Below, one piece after another: positions 16,689 to 25,012 of a DNA stretch of 64,000 bases; the first letter of the stretch is position 1; every line of letters starts with the position of its first letter. Origin of the DNA: a virus. The position numbers and the translations under genes were made by a program. Below the pieces are notes generated by a model. That model ran no database searches, was not told the DNA's origin, and worked only from the letters and a program-made list of their open reading frames with translations. Location: the IMG/VR virus record IMGVR_UViG_3300045988_079665; one strand, 5' to 3'.

Positions 16689-16970
16689 TTACCAAAATGC
16701 ACCTTCATCATAATCTTCAAATCTCCTATTCCATGCTTCAGCGGCTTGTTCTTCCGTGTCGTAAATATATACACCACCCAAAATCCCGCCATCGCACTCA
16801 TAGCTTGCAATCGGACATTCCGGGTTTTCCTCGTGAGCATGGTGAAGCATAAATCCAAGCCCACTATAGGGATGTTCTCTATATGTCTCATCATGCAGAT
16901 TCCCTTCGTCATCGCACAAAACAATGCTAACTTTACCTCCGCAGAATGGGCATAGCTTCAACTTAGTCAT
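16689..16970 (-). CDS. Lar-family restriction alleviation protein
   Basis: N-terminal LKLCPFCGG and C-terminal EEQAAEAWNRR match the Lar-family pattern; preferred over the overlapping frame 16652..16924. Confidence 0.7.
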   Translation of the reverse strand: MTKLKLCPFCGGKVSIVLCDDEGNLHDETYREHPYSGLGFMLHHAHEENPECPIASYECDGGILGGVYIYDTEEQAAEAWNRRFEDYDEGAFW

Positions 16971-17169
16971 CCTTCTTGTCCTCCTCTACACGCGACTTAA
17001 GCCATTCTTTGATTTGCATTGCGCAGGAGCAGCAAAGCTCGATATCGGGTGATTCCTCATGAAACGCGCTTCGTACATTTACATACGTCGCAGAGCTTGT
17101 GGGGTTTATTTCCGCCCCACAACGGTCACATACTCGTTTTGTTGCCATCTTTCTCATCCTCCATTTCAA
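16963..17169 (-). CDS. zinc-ribbon protein (68 aa)
   Basis: CDRCG ... CCSC motifs. Confidence 0.55.
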   Translation of the reverse strand: MKWRMRKMATKRVCDRCGAEINPTSSATYVNVRSAFHEESPDIELCCSCAMQIKEWLKSRVEEDKKDD

Positions 17170-17348
17170 TCCTTCTTATCAAGTTTATTCATGTAATTTT
17201 CAATAATTTTATTAGCTTGGTTTGTTATATTAACCAATCCACCAAGCCCAACAACGATATTCCACTCATTTATGCCAATTTGATAATAGTCATGTCCGGC
17301 ACATTCGATTGGCTTGATTTCTACATAATCTTGATTGATATATTTCAT
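17166..17348 (-). CDS. hypothetical protein (60 aa)
   Basis: Intact ORF with a 4-nt overlap. Confidence 0.5.
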   Translation of the reverse strand: MKYINQDYVEIKPIECAGHDYYQIGINEWNIVVGLGGLVNITNQANKIIENYMNKLDKKD

Positions 17349-17361
17349 TCAATCAATCCTT

Positions 17362-18039
17362 TCAACAATCAAACTCAAATACGATGCGCACATCATCCTC
17401 TGTGCCACCATCTGGAATAAGTCGCCTCAACCCTTCCATCGTTTCATTATAGAACCAATCCGCGCATTCTCTATAGGTGATTGGCGCAAAATAGCAAGCA
17501 GTATAATATTGTTTTGATTCGTCTCTTAGATATTCACCATTGATTAAATCAACCATTTCTGGCTCGGTCAATTTAACAATGTTGCATCCCCATATATCAC
17601 CACTGTAAGAATTTGGTTGTTTACCCTTCATGATATAATCACGATATGTAGCTTCATCAACATAGCCGTATTTTCTATGCAGCTGTTCCCAATCATATTC
17701 GTGCAACTCTCTCAATGTAAGCCAAGAACCATAGCCATATTCATCACCAAACAACACATCATTTTTAGACATATCGTCAGGATAACCCTTTAGATTGGCA
17801 ATAGGATTGAATCTTTCCCCGGTTCTACATCCAGCAAATCCTTCACCATTTCTAACTCCTGCAAGAATGGCAAACAAGTTATAATTGCGACTATCGTCAG
17901 GTTCGCTCATATATTCTTCCATAGCCCATTTCTTGTTTGAAGCTGGGTCATAATATGGATTCTTGAATACTTTAGCAGTTGACATTTCCCACACACCATT
18001 ACGCCGCACTTCGGCAATCATGTTAATATCAGTTCCCAT
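17362..18039 (-). CDS. hypothetical protein (225 aa)
   Basis: Long intact ORF abutting the deaminase gene with no gap. Confidence 0.65.
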   Translation of the reverse strand: MGTDINMIAEVRRNGVWEMSTAKVFKNPYYDPASNKKWAMEEYMSEPDDSRNYNLFAILAGVRNGEGFAGCRTGERFNPIANLKGYPDDMSKNDVLFGDEYGYGSWLTLRELHEYDWEQLHRKYGYVDEATYRDYIMKGKQPNSYSGDIWGCNIVKLTEPEMVDLINGEYLRDESKQYYTACYFAPITYRECADWFYNETMEGLRRLIPDGGTEDDVRIVFEFDC

Positions 18040-18489
18040 CTAATCAATCCTTTCTTCAGCAATTCCATCAGCCGTACTATAGCAAATATGCTTAATTCCC
18101 AATTCTTTTATATATTTCATACAAGCAGGACATGGACGCGCCATTGCTTTATTACCATTTGCATACTCACGATATACATACAGTGTTGATTTGCTAAAAT
18201 CAATATCCAGATATTTTACTTTGCTCAATGCCCTGATTTCGGCATGGAGCGAATTTACCACGCCGCTTTGATTTGGGTCAAATTCACGCTCTGCATTAAG
18301 CCGCTTTTGCAACGGGCTTGTTTTGGTACTATTGCATCCAGTAGCCAGCAATACGCCCTTATAGTACAGAGCTGCGCCAAGGTGGTATCTTGGAAATTCA
18401 GATTCTTTGCTTGCCCTACAAGCCGATTCAATGCCGCGCTTAGTTCTCTGGTTCATCTGGTTCTTTGTGTTCCTCATCAAGCCAATCAA
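18040..18489 (-). CDS. dCMP/cytidine deaminase-family zinc enzyme
   Basis: HAEIRAL (H-A-E) and PCPACMKYI (PCxxC) zinc-binding motifs. The start is uncertain (Met at 18489, 18477 or 18456). Confidence 0.8.
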   Translation of the reverse strand: MIGLMRNTKNQMNQRTKRGIESACRASKESEFPRYHLGAALYYKGVLLATGCNSTKTSPLQKRLNAEREFDPNQSGVVNSLHAEIRALSKVKYLDIDFSKSTLYVYREYANGNKAMARPCPACMKYIKELGIKHICYSTADGIAEERID

Positions 18490-18607
18490 TCCAGCATTCC
18501 GTACATGATTTGATAATGTCAGGACAATGATAATGAGGACATGGCTTTGACATATTTGTAATAGTTTGTTCTTTAGATTGGTTCATCAGCCATTCACGAT
18601 TAGTCAT
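18440..18607 (-). CDS. small Cys/His-rich protein (55 aa)
   Basis: Hand-translated MTNREWLMNQSKEQTITNMSKPCPHYHCPDIIKSCTECWIDWLDEEHKEPDEPEN; ATGA overlap with the upstream stop. Confidence 0.45.
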   Translation of the reverse strand: MTNREWLMNQSKEQTITNMSKPCPHYHCPDIIKSCTECWIDWLDEEHKEPDEPEN

Positions 18608-18792
18608 TCGTTCACCTCACTTTTAATTAAATATTTGTGGCATTTGCAGATAATATCAATAGCTCTTTGAGCTGGAAAGAAATTAGCAGAATTATCGTCA
18701 AAAATACCATACTTCACAAAATTCGCTTCATCATCTGCTTCAGCTTTTTTAAATGCCTCAACCGCATCATCAAGTTTGATATAAATAGCCAT
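18604..18792 (-). CDS. hypothetical protein (62 aa)
   Basis: Intact ORF in the operon. Confidence 0.55.
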   Translation of the reverse strand: MAIYIKLDDAVEAFKKAEADDEANFVKYGIFDDNSANFFPAQRAIDIICKCHKYLIKSEVNE

Positions 18793-19328
18793 TATTCATT
18801 CACCTCATATCCCAATTCAATCAACGTCATAATAGCATAATTAGCCATATCAAGCAACGTGTCCTCAATTTTTTCATCTTTTACCTGAGCATCATGTGAT
18901 ACAGCAAGTGACATAAGTCGATTCATCTTATCACTAAGCCGAGTCACAGCACTGATGATGCCGAGTTTTTTGTATGTGTCACCAAATGAATCACCATAGT
19001 CATGATTTTTGGCTTTATATACCTGATTTAGCTTCTGACAGATTTCATAGTGCCGCGCCACTTTTGACTCAATATGTAACTTTAGGTCATTGGGCTCTTT
19101 GTTGCAACATTTAGCCTCAATATTTTCACAAGCTGCTGGGTCTAGCTTTTTATACCAGTTATAGCATTTGTTGAGCATATCTTCGTCCATTTCATCAAAC
19201 ACACAACCATTGCTATCTGTAAAAACATCTACTTGTTCATCGTATAACTTTCTTAGTTCACAAGTGTCGCATTTATGGCATTCCTGACAATATTCTTCAA
19301 GAGCGTCAATCATCATTTCAGTGGTCAT
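18792..19328 (-). CDS. DUF1599-like (nucleotide-modification-associated domain 1) protein with Cys-rich N-terminus
   Basis: KNHDYGDSFGDTYKKLGIISAVTRLSDKMNRLMSL resembles the DUF1599 core; N-terminal CQECHKCDTC. Confidence 0.55.
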   Translation of the reverse strand: MTTEMMIDALEEYCQECHKCDTCELRKLYDEQVDVFTDSNGCVFDEMDEDMLNKCYNWYKKLDPAACENIEAKCCNKEPNDLKLHIESKVARHYEICQKLNQVYKAKNHDYGDSFGDTYKKLGIISAVTRLSDKMNRLMSLAVSHDAQVKDEKIEDTLLDMANYAIMTLIELGYEVNE

Positions 19329-19352
19329 ATTTATTCATCCTTCATCAATTAT

Positions 19353-19568
19353 TTAGTCATTCAGCATAACGTTCTCAATGTTTTCATACATTGTCCAATC
19401 TTCATCGAGCTTGGCTTTGATTGGTTTGAATGGGCGATATTCAATTCCGTCTTTTTCTTCATACCGCCAGTCACAATCTAGGCAAGCCCATACATCAATA
19501 GGCGGCAATGTACAGATACAAGTATGGTAAATATCGCCACCACACTTTGGGCAAGTATAGATAATCAT
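19353..19568 (-). CDS. zinc-ribbon protein (71 aa)
   Basis: CPKCGG ... CLDC motifs. Confidence 0.55.
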   Translation of the reverse strand: MIIYTCPKCGGDIYHTCICTLPPIDVWACLDCDWRYEEKDGIEYRPFKPIKAKLDEDWTMYENIENVMLND

Positions 19569-19871
19569 TTATTTATCCTCCTCATCTAGCGTTCTATTAG
19601 CTAACACAATTTCTTTTGCTTCTTCATATGTCAACACATCATCAAACGTATGACCAACATCTTCAATTATTGAGTCAAGAGCATATCCACCCCATCCATC
19701 ACCAACATCAATACCGTCTGCATTGAATTTAAGAAATTTTCTAAATGTATCATACCATCCTAAACACCAGTCTCTATCACCGCATTGTTCGCAGTATAAG
19801 TCGTGTGGTGAGATATAAGCATCACTTGTATAATAACCGCCTAGATGGCTTTCATAAACATAAGCTCCCAT
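19569..19871 (-). CDS. hypothetical protein (100 aa)
   Basis: Intact ORF abutting its neighbours. Confidence 0.55.
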   Translation of the reverse strand: MGAYVYESHLGGYYTSDAYISPHDLYCEQCGDRDWCLGWYDTFRKFLKFNADGIDVGDGWGGYALDSIIEDVGHTFDDVLTYEEAKEIVLANRTLDEEDK

Positions 19872-19874
19872 AAT

Positions 19875-21035
19875 TTATTCATCCTCCTCATTTTCATCAC
19901 AATTTTCATCTACAAAATGGACATCTACATTGAAAATTTCTTTCAGAACATCAATAGCTTCTTTTGGCTCGATGCGGAAAAATTCTCTATCTGGGTTGAC
20001 CCGCTCTTTGTCGAAATATTTATGGATATTATTTTCCAGCTCAAAGCAATCATCACTGAATACAAAACAATGAGCATGATATGGTTCTGGCAAGCTGCTT
20101 GAGCTAAGTTCACGCACTCTTAATGCAGGATTCAATCTTCTAGTGCAACCGAGCTTTACCAATCCGGGCAAGCTTGGTGAACTAATTACATATAGCCAAC
20201 CAGCTTTGCTATGTGATTCACGATAAGCAATAGAATCGAGCCGCTTGTCAATACTAGCTAATTGAGATTTAATTCTATTACGCTCATCGTCTGTTAGCGC
20301 TTTATCAAACGCAATATTCATTGCTTTCTTTTCTTCAAGCAATTTAGCGCGTTCTCTAGCAATATCAGCAAGCAACTGTTCCTGTTCTTTTAATCTGCGC
20401 TTTTCTTCACGGATTCGCGCCTTTTCTTCTTTCTGTTTAACCTTAATTGCTAAGTTGATATATAGCATATCAAGCCGCGCCTTTACATATTCAGCATTGA
20501 GCGCCAATCCGACTTTATTTGCCTTAGACTGATAAGAATTAAATTTATTCTTAATCAATTCTTTGCTCTTAGCAATATTGCTTGTTGTTATGGATTTTTC
20601 TTTGTTGTCAATATATTCTGACATAGCATAGCACAATCCGCGCCCATATACATCCTGCATTTCTTTACCGCGCCTAGCAGAATCATTGAGGGTATATCCT
20701 TGCTCAATGCGATATAGACCAGTATTTACGGCAGATTCAATTTTGCTTTGTAGCTCATAGCGTTTATGCTCAAGTTCATCTAGTGAATCTTGATAATATG
20801 GGATATTATAATCCTGCATTTCTTCAATGGTATGGATTTTGCCATTTAGAGCATTAAGGACGGATTGAGCTTCTTTTGCGGCGATTTCGGCACTTTCTGC
20901 TGATTTACGGCTTTTTTCTTCTTTTGTTTCAAGAGAATCAATTTCCTTATACAACTCTTGAATCTTAAAGTCTAGTAAATCGATATAATGCTCAAGTTCT
21001 TTCTTCTTCTTGTTCATCTTGAAAATCTCGAACAC
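19875..21035 (-). CDS. coiled-coil (DUF4041-like) plus C-terminal T5orf172/MUG113 GIY-YIG-like domain protein
   Basis: Long heptad-rich N-terminal part. The C-terminal GWLYVISSPSLPGLVKLGCTRR...RVRELSS...FFRI fits the T5orf172 pattern. Confidence 0.65.
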   Translation of the reverse strand: MFEIFKMNKKKKELEHYIDLLDFKIQELYKEIDSLETKEEKSRKSAESAEIAAKEAQSVLNALNGKIHTIEEMQDYNIPYYQDSLDELEHKRYELQSKIESAVNTGLYRIEQGYTLNDSARRGKEMQDVYGRGLCYAMSEYIDNKEKSITTSNIAKSKELIKNKFNSYQSKANKVGLALNAEYVKARLDMLYINLAIKVKQKEEKARIREEKRRLKEQEQLLADIARERAKLLEEKKAMNIAFDKALTDDERNRIKSQLASIDKRLDSIAYRESHSKAGWLYVISSPSLPGLVKLGCTRRLNPALRVRELSSSSLPEPYHAHCFVFSDDCFELENNIHKYFDKERVNPDREFFRIEPKEAIDVLKEIFNVDVHFVDENCDENEEDE

Positions 21036-21222
21036 GCCTAGCCGCCTCCTTGCTAAAAATTTTATCTATATGCTTATCAAAATCCAATGGATTATTGCTC
21101 TTTGCTAAAATTTGCTTGGTGCTGGTATTATATAGCTCGAATTGCCCATTGCCGCAATCGTTGATAATCCAGCCTGTATCGCCATATTGGACTACGGCGT
21201 TAATTTTCTTTGTTCTTGGCAT
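20992..21222 (-). CDS. hypothetical protein (76 aa)
   Basis: First gene downstream of the promoter at 21243..21271. Confidence 0.55.
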   Translation of the reverse strand: MPRTKKINAVVQYGDTGWIINDCGNGQFELYNTSTKQILAKSNNPLDFDKHIDKIFSKEAARRVRDFQDEQEEERT

Positions 21223-21242
21223 TTATTTCACCTCATATTGCA

Positions 21243-21271
21243 ATTATATCACAGCCATTTGCATTTGTCAA
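21243..21271 (-). promoter_or_regulatory. sigma70-type promoter TTGACA-17-TATAAT
   Basis: Perfect consensus; the leftward member of a divergent promoter pair. Confidence 0.8.
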
Positions 21272-21302
21272 GCATAATTTTTGGCAAATTGATTTTTCCC
21301 AT

Positions 21303-21352
21303 CAATTTAACTATTATCTACGAATGTATATGAGTAGATAATAGTTAAATTG
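21303..21352. promoter_or_regulatory. 19-bp perfect inverted repeat with 12-bp spacer (candidate operator)
   Basis: caatttaactattatctac (21303..21321) and gtagataatagttaaattg (21334..21352), sited between the divergent promoters. Confidence 0.6.
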
Positions 21353-21436
21353 TAATTATATATTATTATATATACTAATAGATATTATAACATAGAAAGT
21401 ATGTAATGTCAATAGAAAAATTTTTTATTTTACCAC

Positions 21437-21465
21437 TTGACAAAGTGATGAATATATGGTATAAT
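21437..21465 (+). promoter_or_regulatory. sigma70-type promoter TTGACA-17-TATAAT with TGn extension
   Basis: Perfect consensus; the rightward member of the divergent pair. Confidence 0.8.
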
Positions 21466-21472
21466 ATAGTAA

Positions 21473-21500
21473 ATAAGTAAATACGTTAGTATTTACTTAT
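21473..21500 (+). promoter_or_regulatory. 12-bp perfect leader hairpin ataagtaaatac-gtta-gtatttacttat
   Basis: Begins 8 nt after the -10; shares its 14-nt apex with the element at 15259..15272. Confidence 0.6.
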
Positions 21501-21558
21501 ACATTGTTTCTTTCTTTTGGTTCTTTTCTTTCTTAGAATTTATAGATAGGAGATAAAT

Positions 21559-22137
21559 ATGGAAAATAATAACGTTGTATATAAGCACACTAACTTAGAA
21601 AATGGATTGGTCTATTATGGGATTGCTGAAAATTATGTAACAAGATGGAATGACGGCTTTGGATACCAAACAAATCAGAGATTTTGGAAAGATATAGTAA
21701 AATATGGATGGAAAAATTTTAAGCATGAGATACTTGTGGAAAATCTAACTCGCGATGAGGCAAAATTTTATGAAGGTATGCTAATTCAAGAAACAGGCTC
21801 GTATCTTCCTGAGAACGGATATAATCAAAGTCTTGGCGAACATATGAATTATCAAGAAGTAACACCTGATGATATTAGAGATGACATTATTAGAACACAA
21901 AGACCAAGAACTGGGCGTGCAGGTACACCAGTTGTTTGCAATGGAAAGACGTATTTGACGATTGCTGAATTGTCCGAAGAAATCAATGAAGATGCTGGTG
22001 TGCTTGCTCAGATGCTAAGTCCTGCTTGCACAAGAAAAATGTCTAAAATTTATGAAGATATGGGGCTTAGATATGCTACAGAAGATGAAATTCTTGCCTG
22101 TGTGAATGAGCGAATGGAAAGAGATATCTTGGGTTGA
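21559..22137 (+). CDS. GIY-YIG homing endonuclease-like protein
   Basis: N-terminal VVYKHTN..NGLVYYGIA ... R.....H..... E pattern of GIY-YIG (Seg-like) enzymes, free-standing, with a C-terminal DNA-binding-like tail. Confidence 0.7.
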   Translation: MENNNVVYKHTNLENGLVYYGIAENYVTRWNDGFGYQTNQRFWKDIVKYGWKNFKHEILVENLTRDEAKFYEGMLIQETGSYLPENGYNQSLGEHMNYQEVTPDDIRDDIIRTQRPRTGRAGTPVVCNGKTYLTIAELSEEINEDAGVLAQMLSPACTRKMSKIYEDMGLRYATEDEILACVNERMERDILG

Positions 22138-22162
22138 CAAATAATCAAATATATGATATAAT
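22134..22162 (+). promoter_or_regulatory. sigma70-type promoter TTGACA-17-TATAAT
   Basis: Perfect consensus; the -35 contains the TGA stop of the GIY-YIG gene. Confidence 0.75.
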
Positions 22163-22191
22163 AGCATTAAGCTCAAGGAGGTGGTAAGAAA

Positions 22192-22335
22192 TTGTGGAGC
22201 GAGATGAGCTATAACTGGTATGTATCGGAAGATACAGAGCCAGAAGTATGGGATGATGAATATGAACCAACTGAGCGCGATTGGGTGCTTTGGATATATG
22301 GTAGTTCAGAGAATGAATTAGAGGTGATTTATTAA
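22192..22335 (+). CDS. small acidic protein (47 aa, TTG start)
   Basis: AAGGAGGTGG RBS 6 nt upstream; the stop abuts the GTG start of the RNA polymerase gene. Confidence 0.45.
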   Translation: MWSEMSYNWYVSEDTEPEVWDDEYEPTERDWVLWIYGSSENELEVIY

Positions 22336-24924
22336 GTGCCATTAACAGAGTTCTGTTATATACCTTCTGTGGCAACGGATGCTTTTTATACGCCAGAGGA
22401 ACAAGTAATACATAATCGACTTGTCAAGCTATATGCCTTGAGAATGCGCGAGAAGAATGGTCAGAATCGAAAATGGCGTGTTTCATCAATTAACCGTGTT
22501 ATCAAGAAGCATAAAGATGAACTTGTTGAGTTGCTGAGAAAATCGCTTGAAGACAACATTACAAGAGAACTTAATCCAGATGCGGTAACAGATAAGACAA
22601 TTATTAACCTGTTTTGTTCTGAGTTGACTCGTAGCCTTGGCATTAAGACATTTGAGCGAAGTGACAAAATTATTATTGTCAATGTTTTCTTTTTCGAGGT
22701 ATTAAACAGCATCATTCATAATGGATTCAATTACAATGGGGAGCATTATATTTTCTATTCATGTGGCGCTGGCATGATACGTACAAAGCGATTTATGGCT
22801 GTTCGTGAAAAAGATTATTTGGCGGTTGAACAAACCCTCATGTGTGGACTGACCATTGAATCAATCAATGCGCTGGGTGGCATGAATGAAAATAAACTAT
22901 TGAGCTATAAGAGCCTTATGGCATCTGCAACAGATAGAATTACAGACTTTGACATAGACCGTTGCATTATAGTTGATGATTTCGAAATGCCAGTTATGGC
23001 TGAATCAGATTTCATTGATTATACGGATTATAGCATTACGCGTAAAACATCAGAGACAATTATAGCTGAAACTGACGGTTGGGGAATGTGTTGCAAGCCC
23101 GGATTTAAGACACAGATTGTTCGTGCGCCTTGGATAAAAGGACTAGTGTCATACTTTGATTTTAGGGCATGGTTAAAGGAATATTGTCCTGCCGACGATT
23201 GGACTGTAACTGATATATACGGAAGAGAATGGAATATTATTGTGGATGACATTCAGTATATATTAACTAAATCAATGTTTAAGTTGTATAAATTTTATCC
23301 ATCTTGGCTTTGCTACAAGACTAATTTTAAGAGTTATGGTTGTTATTTTGGATGCTGTAAAGTTGAGGAAGATTATATACCAAAGGCGCGAATCAATTAT
23401 CAGATGCTTCAATCTCTAAGTGATATGACGGATAATGAGATTGAGCGGCTTATTGCCAAGACAGCAGATGAAATTAATAGTGTCGGGAGAGATTATCAAA
23501 CTACCATGAGACTATTAGGCGCGACTGAATACAATCAAACAAAATCAGCCATGCAAGAAGCGTTGACAATATATCCAGAATTATTTAAAGATGCGTATAA
23601 CCGGGAGTTGTTGAAACAGACAAAGAAAAGTTTGGTAAAACAAGCAAAAGGTGGCAGATTGAGAATTAACGGCAAATACCTGTTTATTTCGCCTGACCCT
23701 GTGGCATTTTGTGAGTGGTTGTTCAAAGGTGAGCAATTCCCAACTGGTATACTTGAGAATGGAGAGGTTTATACTAATCAATTCAAAGATGGTGACGAGC
23801 TTGATTGTTTGAGAAGCCCACACTTGTATCAGGAACACGCGGTTAGAATCAACAAGCGAAATGGGCTGACCGATAAATGGCTTGGCGGAACAAAATGCAT
23901 ATATTTCAGTGCACACGATATGATTAGTCGTATATTACAACAGGACTTTGATGGGGATATTTCCTTGGTTGTGAAGGATAAGACGTTGACAACTGTGGCA
24001 AAGCGCAATATGCAAGGAATTGTACCGTTATCGTATGACCTCAAAAAAGCACGTGGCGGTATTATTGATGCGGATAGACTGTATGAAGGTGTAAGTACTG
24101 CATATACAGGTGGGTCGATTGGCCCGATTAGTAATGCAATCAGTAAGGTAAAAAATGCTAATGGTGGTAAAATGACTGAGGAGCAAATTAGAGTAATTGC
24201 TTGGCTTACAATGAAGAACAATCAAATTATTGATTTTGCGAAAACGTTATGGAAAAGTGAGCCACCAAAAGAAATTGCAGATATTATAAAAAAATATACA
24301 AAGTCAAAATTGCCTCATTTTTTTATCTATGCCAAAGACAAAGACCCAGATACTCAAGTTGAGTTGCCAAATAATTCCACGATGAATCGTATATCAGCCA
24401 AAATCCCTACTTCTCGAATTCGATATAATAACAAGATTGGGAAATTCGATTGGACGATGTTGATAAATAAATCAGTCGATTATACTACTAGAGAAAATTC
24501 ACCAATCATTGAGCGGTATAATTGGTGGATGTGGAATCAGCGCCGATTTGATTATGGCGATGACCCGCATATCAATGAGGACGATTTATATAAATATCGT
24601 CGCATAGCACAAGATATTGTGGAATATAGCAACGAGCCACTAGATGTTGTGGCAAATAGCCTAGTTGCTTATCTATATACAGTTAAAAAATCAAGCAATA
24701 AGAAAATGCTGTGGGCTTGTTTCGGTTGGACGATTGTAGAGAATTTGAGAACCAATACGGCGCAACTTAATCCAATCTGTCCCATTTGCGGCAAGCGCTT
24801 CAAGCCGCGAGATGTATGTCAGCATTATTGCTCAGAGGAATGTTATAAGAAAGCAGATAATCAGAGGCGTACTGAATCGCGCGAAGCCCCACCTGTCCGC
24901 ACGGGGGACATGTTAAAACAGTAG
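22336..24924 (+). CDS. YonO-like single-subunit two-barrel (multisubunit-RNAP-related) RNA polymerase
   Basis: 862 aa. RSPHLY...(38 aa)...QQDFDGD mirrors the beta-prime RAPTLH...NADFDGD catalytic barrel. Size and phage context match SPbeta YonO, HU-like genes lie downstream as with yonN, and the C-terminus has a zinc ribbon. Confidence 0.7.
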   Translation: MPLTEFCYIPSVATDAFYTPEEQVIHNRLVKLYALRMREKNGQNRKWRVSSINRVIKKHKDELVELLRKSLEDNITRELNPDAVTDKTIINLFCSELTRSLGIKTFERSDKIIIVNVFFFEVLNSIIHNGFNYNGEHYIFYSCGAGMIRTKRFMAVREKDYLAVEQTLMCGLTIESINALGGMNENKLLSYKSLMASATDRITDFDIDRCIIVDDFEMPVMAESDFIDYTDYSITRKTSETIIAETDGWGMCCKPGFKTQIVRAPWIKGLVSYFDFRAWLKEYCPADDWTVTDIYGREWNIIVDDIQYILTKSMFKLYKFYPSWLCYKTNFKSYGCYFGCCKVEEDYIPKARINYQMLQSLSDMTDNEIERLIAKTADEINSVGRDYQTTMRLLGATEYNQTKSAMQEALTIYPELFKDAYNRELLKQTKKSLVKQAKGGRLRINGKYLFISPDPVAFCEWLFKGEQFPTGILENGEVYTNQFKDGDELDCLRSPHLYQEHAVRINKRNGLTDKWLGGTKCIYFSAHDMISRILQQDFDGDISLVVKDKTLTTVAKRNMQGIVPLSYDLKKARGGIIDADRLYEGVSTAYTGGSIGPISNAISKVKNANGGKMTEEQIRVIAWLTMKNNQIIDFAKTLWKSEPPKEIADIIKKYTKSKLPHFFIYAKDKDPDTQVELPNNSTMNRISAKIPTSRIRYNNKIGKFDWTMLINKSVDYTTRENSPIIERYNWWMWNQRRFDYGDDPHINEDDLYKYRRIAQDIVEYSNEPLDVVANSLVAYLYTVKKSSNKKMLWACFGWTIVENLRTNTAQLNPICPICGKRFKPRDVCQHYCSEECYKKADNQRRTESREAPPVRTGDMLKQ

Positions 24925-25012
24925 GAAATATATGGATAAAATTAACTCACCACAATATGTTGTGGTAGACTAATAGGGAGACATATCTTTGAAATGAAGG
25001 GTGGTGAATGTG

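Noticed and set aside
16652-16924. ORF 16652..16924(-) overlapping the Lar-like gene in another frame
   Set aside because: The alternative frame 16689..16970 carries the recognisable CPFCGG...AWNRR Lar signature and has better operon spacing.
22461-24225. Several minus-strand ORFs (22461..22715, 23028..23252, 23535..23916, 23829..24225, 24028..24225) inside the RNAP gene
   Set aside because: They are antisense shadows of a long, motif-bearing plus-strand ORF. They are low-complexity and mutually overlapping.
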